From Botryllus schlosseri (lineage: Eukaryota), in assembly GCA_051294905.1 (NCBI GenBank), contig CM119371.1, positions 33,730,001 through 33,794,000 of the forward strand: a DNA stretch of 64,000 nucleotides, read 5' to 3'. Under the pieces are notes generated by a model, which saw nothing but the letters and a program-made list of their open reading frames with translations, was not told the DNA's origin and did no database searches. Positions 62,261-64,000 of the stretch are shown here, piece after piece; position 1 is the first letter of the stretch; the number at the start of each line of letters is the position of its first letter. A program made the position numbers and the translations under genes.

Positions 62261-64000
62261 GGATCAACTGGGAGAGTATGAAAATATAAAAGCATAGTGG
62301 AGGAATGTTGCTATGGTTCAGTTCACCTGGATCAATACAGCTCAAGAATGCGTTTCAATGAAAAGATAGGAAGGTGTCGAAACTTCTTGGAGTAGTCTGT
62401 GAAATCGGACACTCCCCTGGGCCTAGGTCACGTTAAGAGGAGGCATGCACACTGAATGAAAAGTAAAAGAAGATAATATAAACGTATATAGAAATTTCGC
62501 GTTCCATGCATGCCATGCTCTGGCTGTGAGTGACACCAAGTCATTCAACAATTGTGTGGCCTGGTTTTACTCCGCCTCCATTGTTATGACAAAAACAAAT
62601 TGCACACGAAAAAAGTTTTGCTTCGAGATCCCGTTGTTATCTCAGAGGTAGTATCTTGTTCTGTGGGCTGCACATGCTCACTGCTCTCCATAGCGAACCC
62701 CTGGTATGGTTAAATTGAAAGGATATGCTATTTACGCTTAGATTACTCATCGACAATTGGCGTAGGCGTATGTTTAATCATATAGATGTGTAGGTAGGTT
62801 GTGTATTGCAACATATCTATTTGTCTCAACTTACTGAGGTTTCGTATTATATCGTGTAGCCTATGTGGTACAGGGTTCGGGAACGTATGTCTCGCGAGCC
62901 ATATATGGTTCTTTTGCGGATATGATATGGCTCTGTGATAAGTTGTCAATTTAGCAATTTTTAATCAACATTGCTGCAACTGATTTGTAATTTTTCATAA
63001 CGGCTCGAAATATTATTCCGGTGGTAGCTGAGTCTATATACCTATCTGAGGTCAAGATAGTGGGGTATTCATTTAGGGGCTCGGACCCCCTTTTTAAATT
63101 ATAAAATATATGTCAAATTTTACCTGGCGATAACTGTTCATTTATTATTCAATATAATAGTGCTTATATTTGCCGGCAACCCATATAGCCTACCTCGCAA
63201 ATTCGCTGTACCATACATTGCACGTCTTGGGATCTTGAATTGCACGATACGTTGATTGATCAGAGAGAAAATCGACAGCATCGAGAAGCCTGTGCTTGTG
63301 TATATCAGAATTGAGTAGTACAGTTAAGCAAATGTTATCAGTTTACAATAGTCTCCATCGCTGAAATTATTATCCTCGTTTGGAGGGACTGATTAAACCG
63401 TGCGTAACTGCTGGTAGAACAATTCAGGTACGGCTATCCTCGTGCCTGACTGCCCGGTGCAGCAATTCCTTGGAAAGCTGCTTGCTTTGCAAATAGCGTG
63501 TTACAGATGATTAGGCAGTAAATTGTTAACACATTTACTGTTGTGTGCGATTGCTGGTTTTGCAGCAAAATGTACATGTTATTATAAGTATAGTTACTAA
63601 GGCGGGGCGAGATCGAGTAGGCCTACCCGCGTGATTCGATTTTGAATTTTTGAATCGAATATTAAGCTTCGAATCGAGTTGAGTATTACTCATTATGATG
63701 TTATAGCAGCATTAATGACGTGGAGAGTTCAACCATAGTGTCCTATATGGTGTCGACACAGGCAAATCTCACGCCTCAGTGAAATTGATTCACGTCACAA
63801 TTTCCATTTGGCTACAGGCAATTTGACGGTCATTTTTGACCGGCTTGCCGAGCATTCAATTGGGTAAAACGGGTATCAATCGAAAGATGACACTGCATTG
63901 ATTGCGAAAATATAAATTTTATTCCGCTCGTGGCCCTGGAACTCCCACAATCAGTCTCGAATTTTTCATTGTTATGGAGATTGGCATTGGGACGTAACAA

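Overview
AT-rich animal (probably invertebrate; species cannot be read from sequence) genomic DNA made mostly of nested, decayed DNA transposons. The only convincing host gene is a ~10-finger C2H2 zinc-finger ORF (17579-18547). About 27.5 kb (26184-53722) is one Russian-doll structure. The outer layer is a THAP/P-superfamily element with ~300-bp TIRs. It contains a 23.5-kb Zisupton-like element (perfect 8-bp TSD CATTTCTG) encoding an intron-rich SWIM/CxC...Ulp1-protease...PHD protein remnant. That in turn contains hAT, CACTA/EnSpm, piggyBac and THAP-foldback insertions up to six levels deep. Also seen: a 34-bp (17+17) palindrome with a 7-bp TSD resembling a P-element excision footprint, a Gypsy gag remnant, a LINE tail, a tRNA-like sequence and many MITEs with readable TSDs. 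Family calls are from motif recognition by eye with no database search. Internal coordinates are approximate to a few bp. No prokaryotic system, CRISPR array or rRNA is evident.
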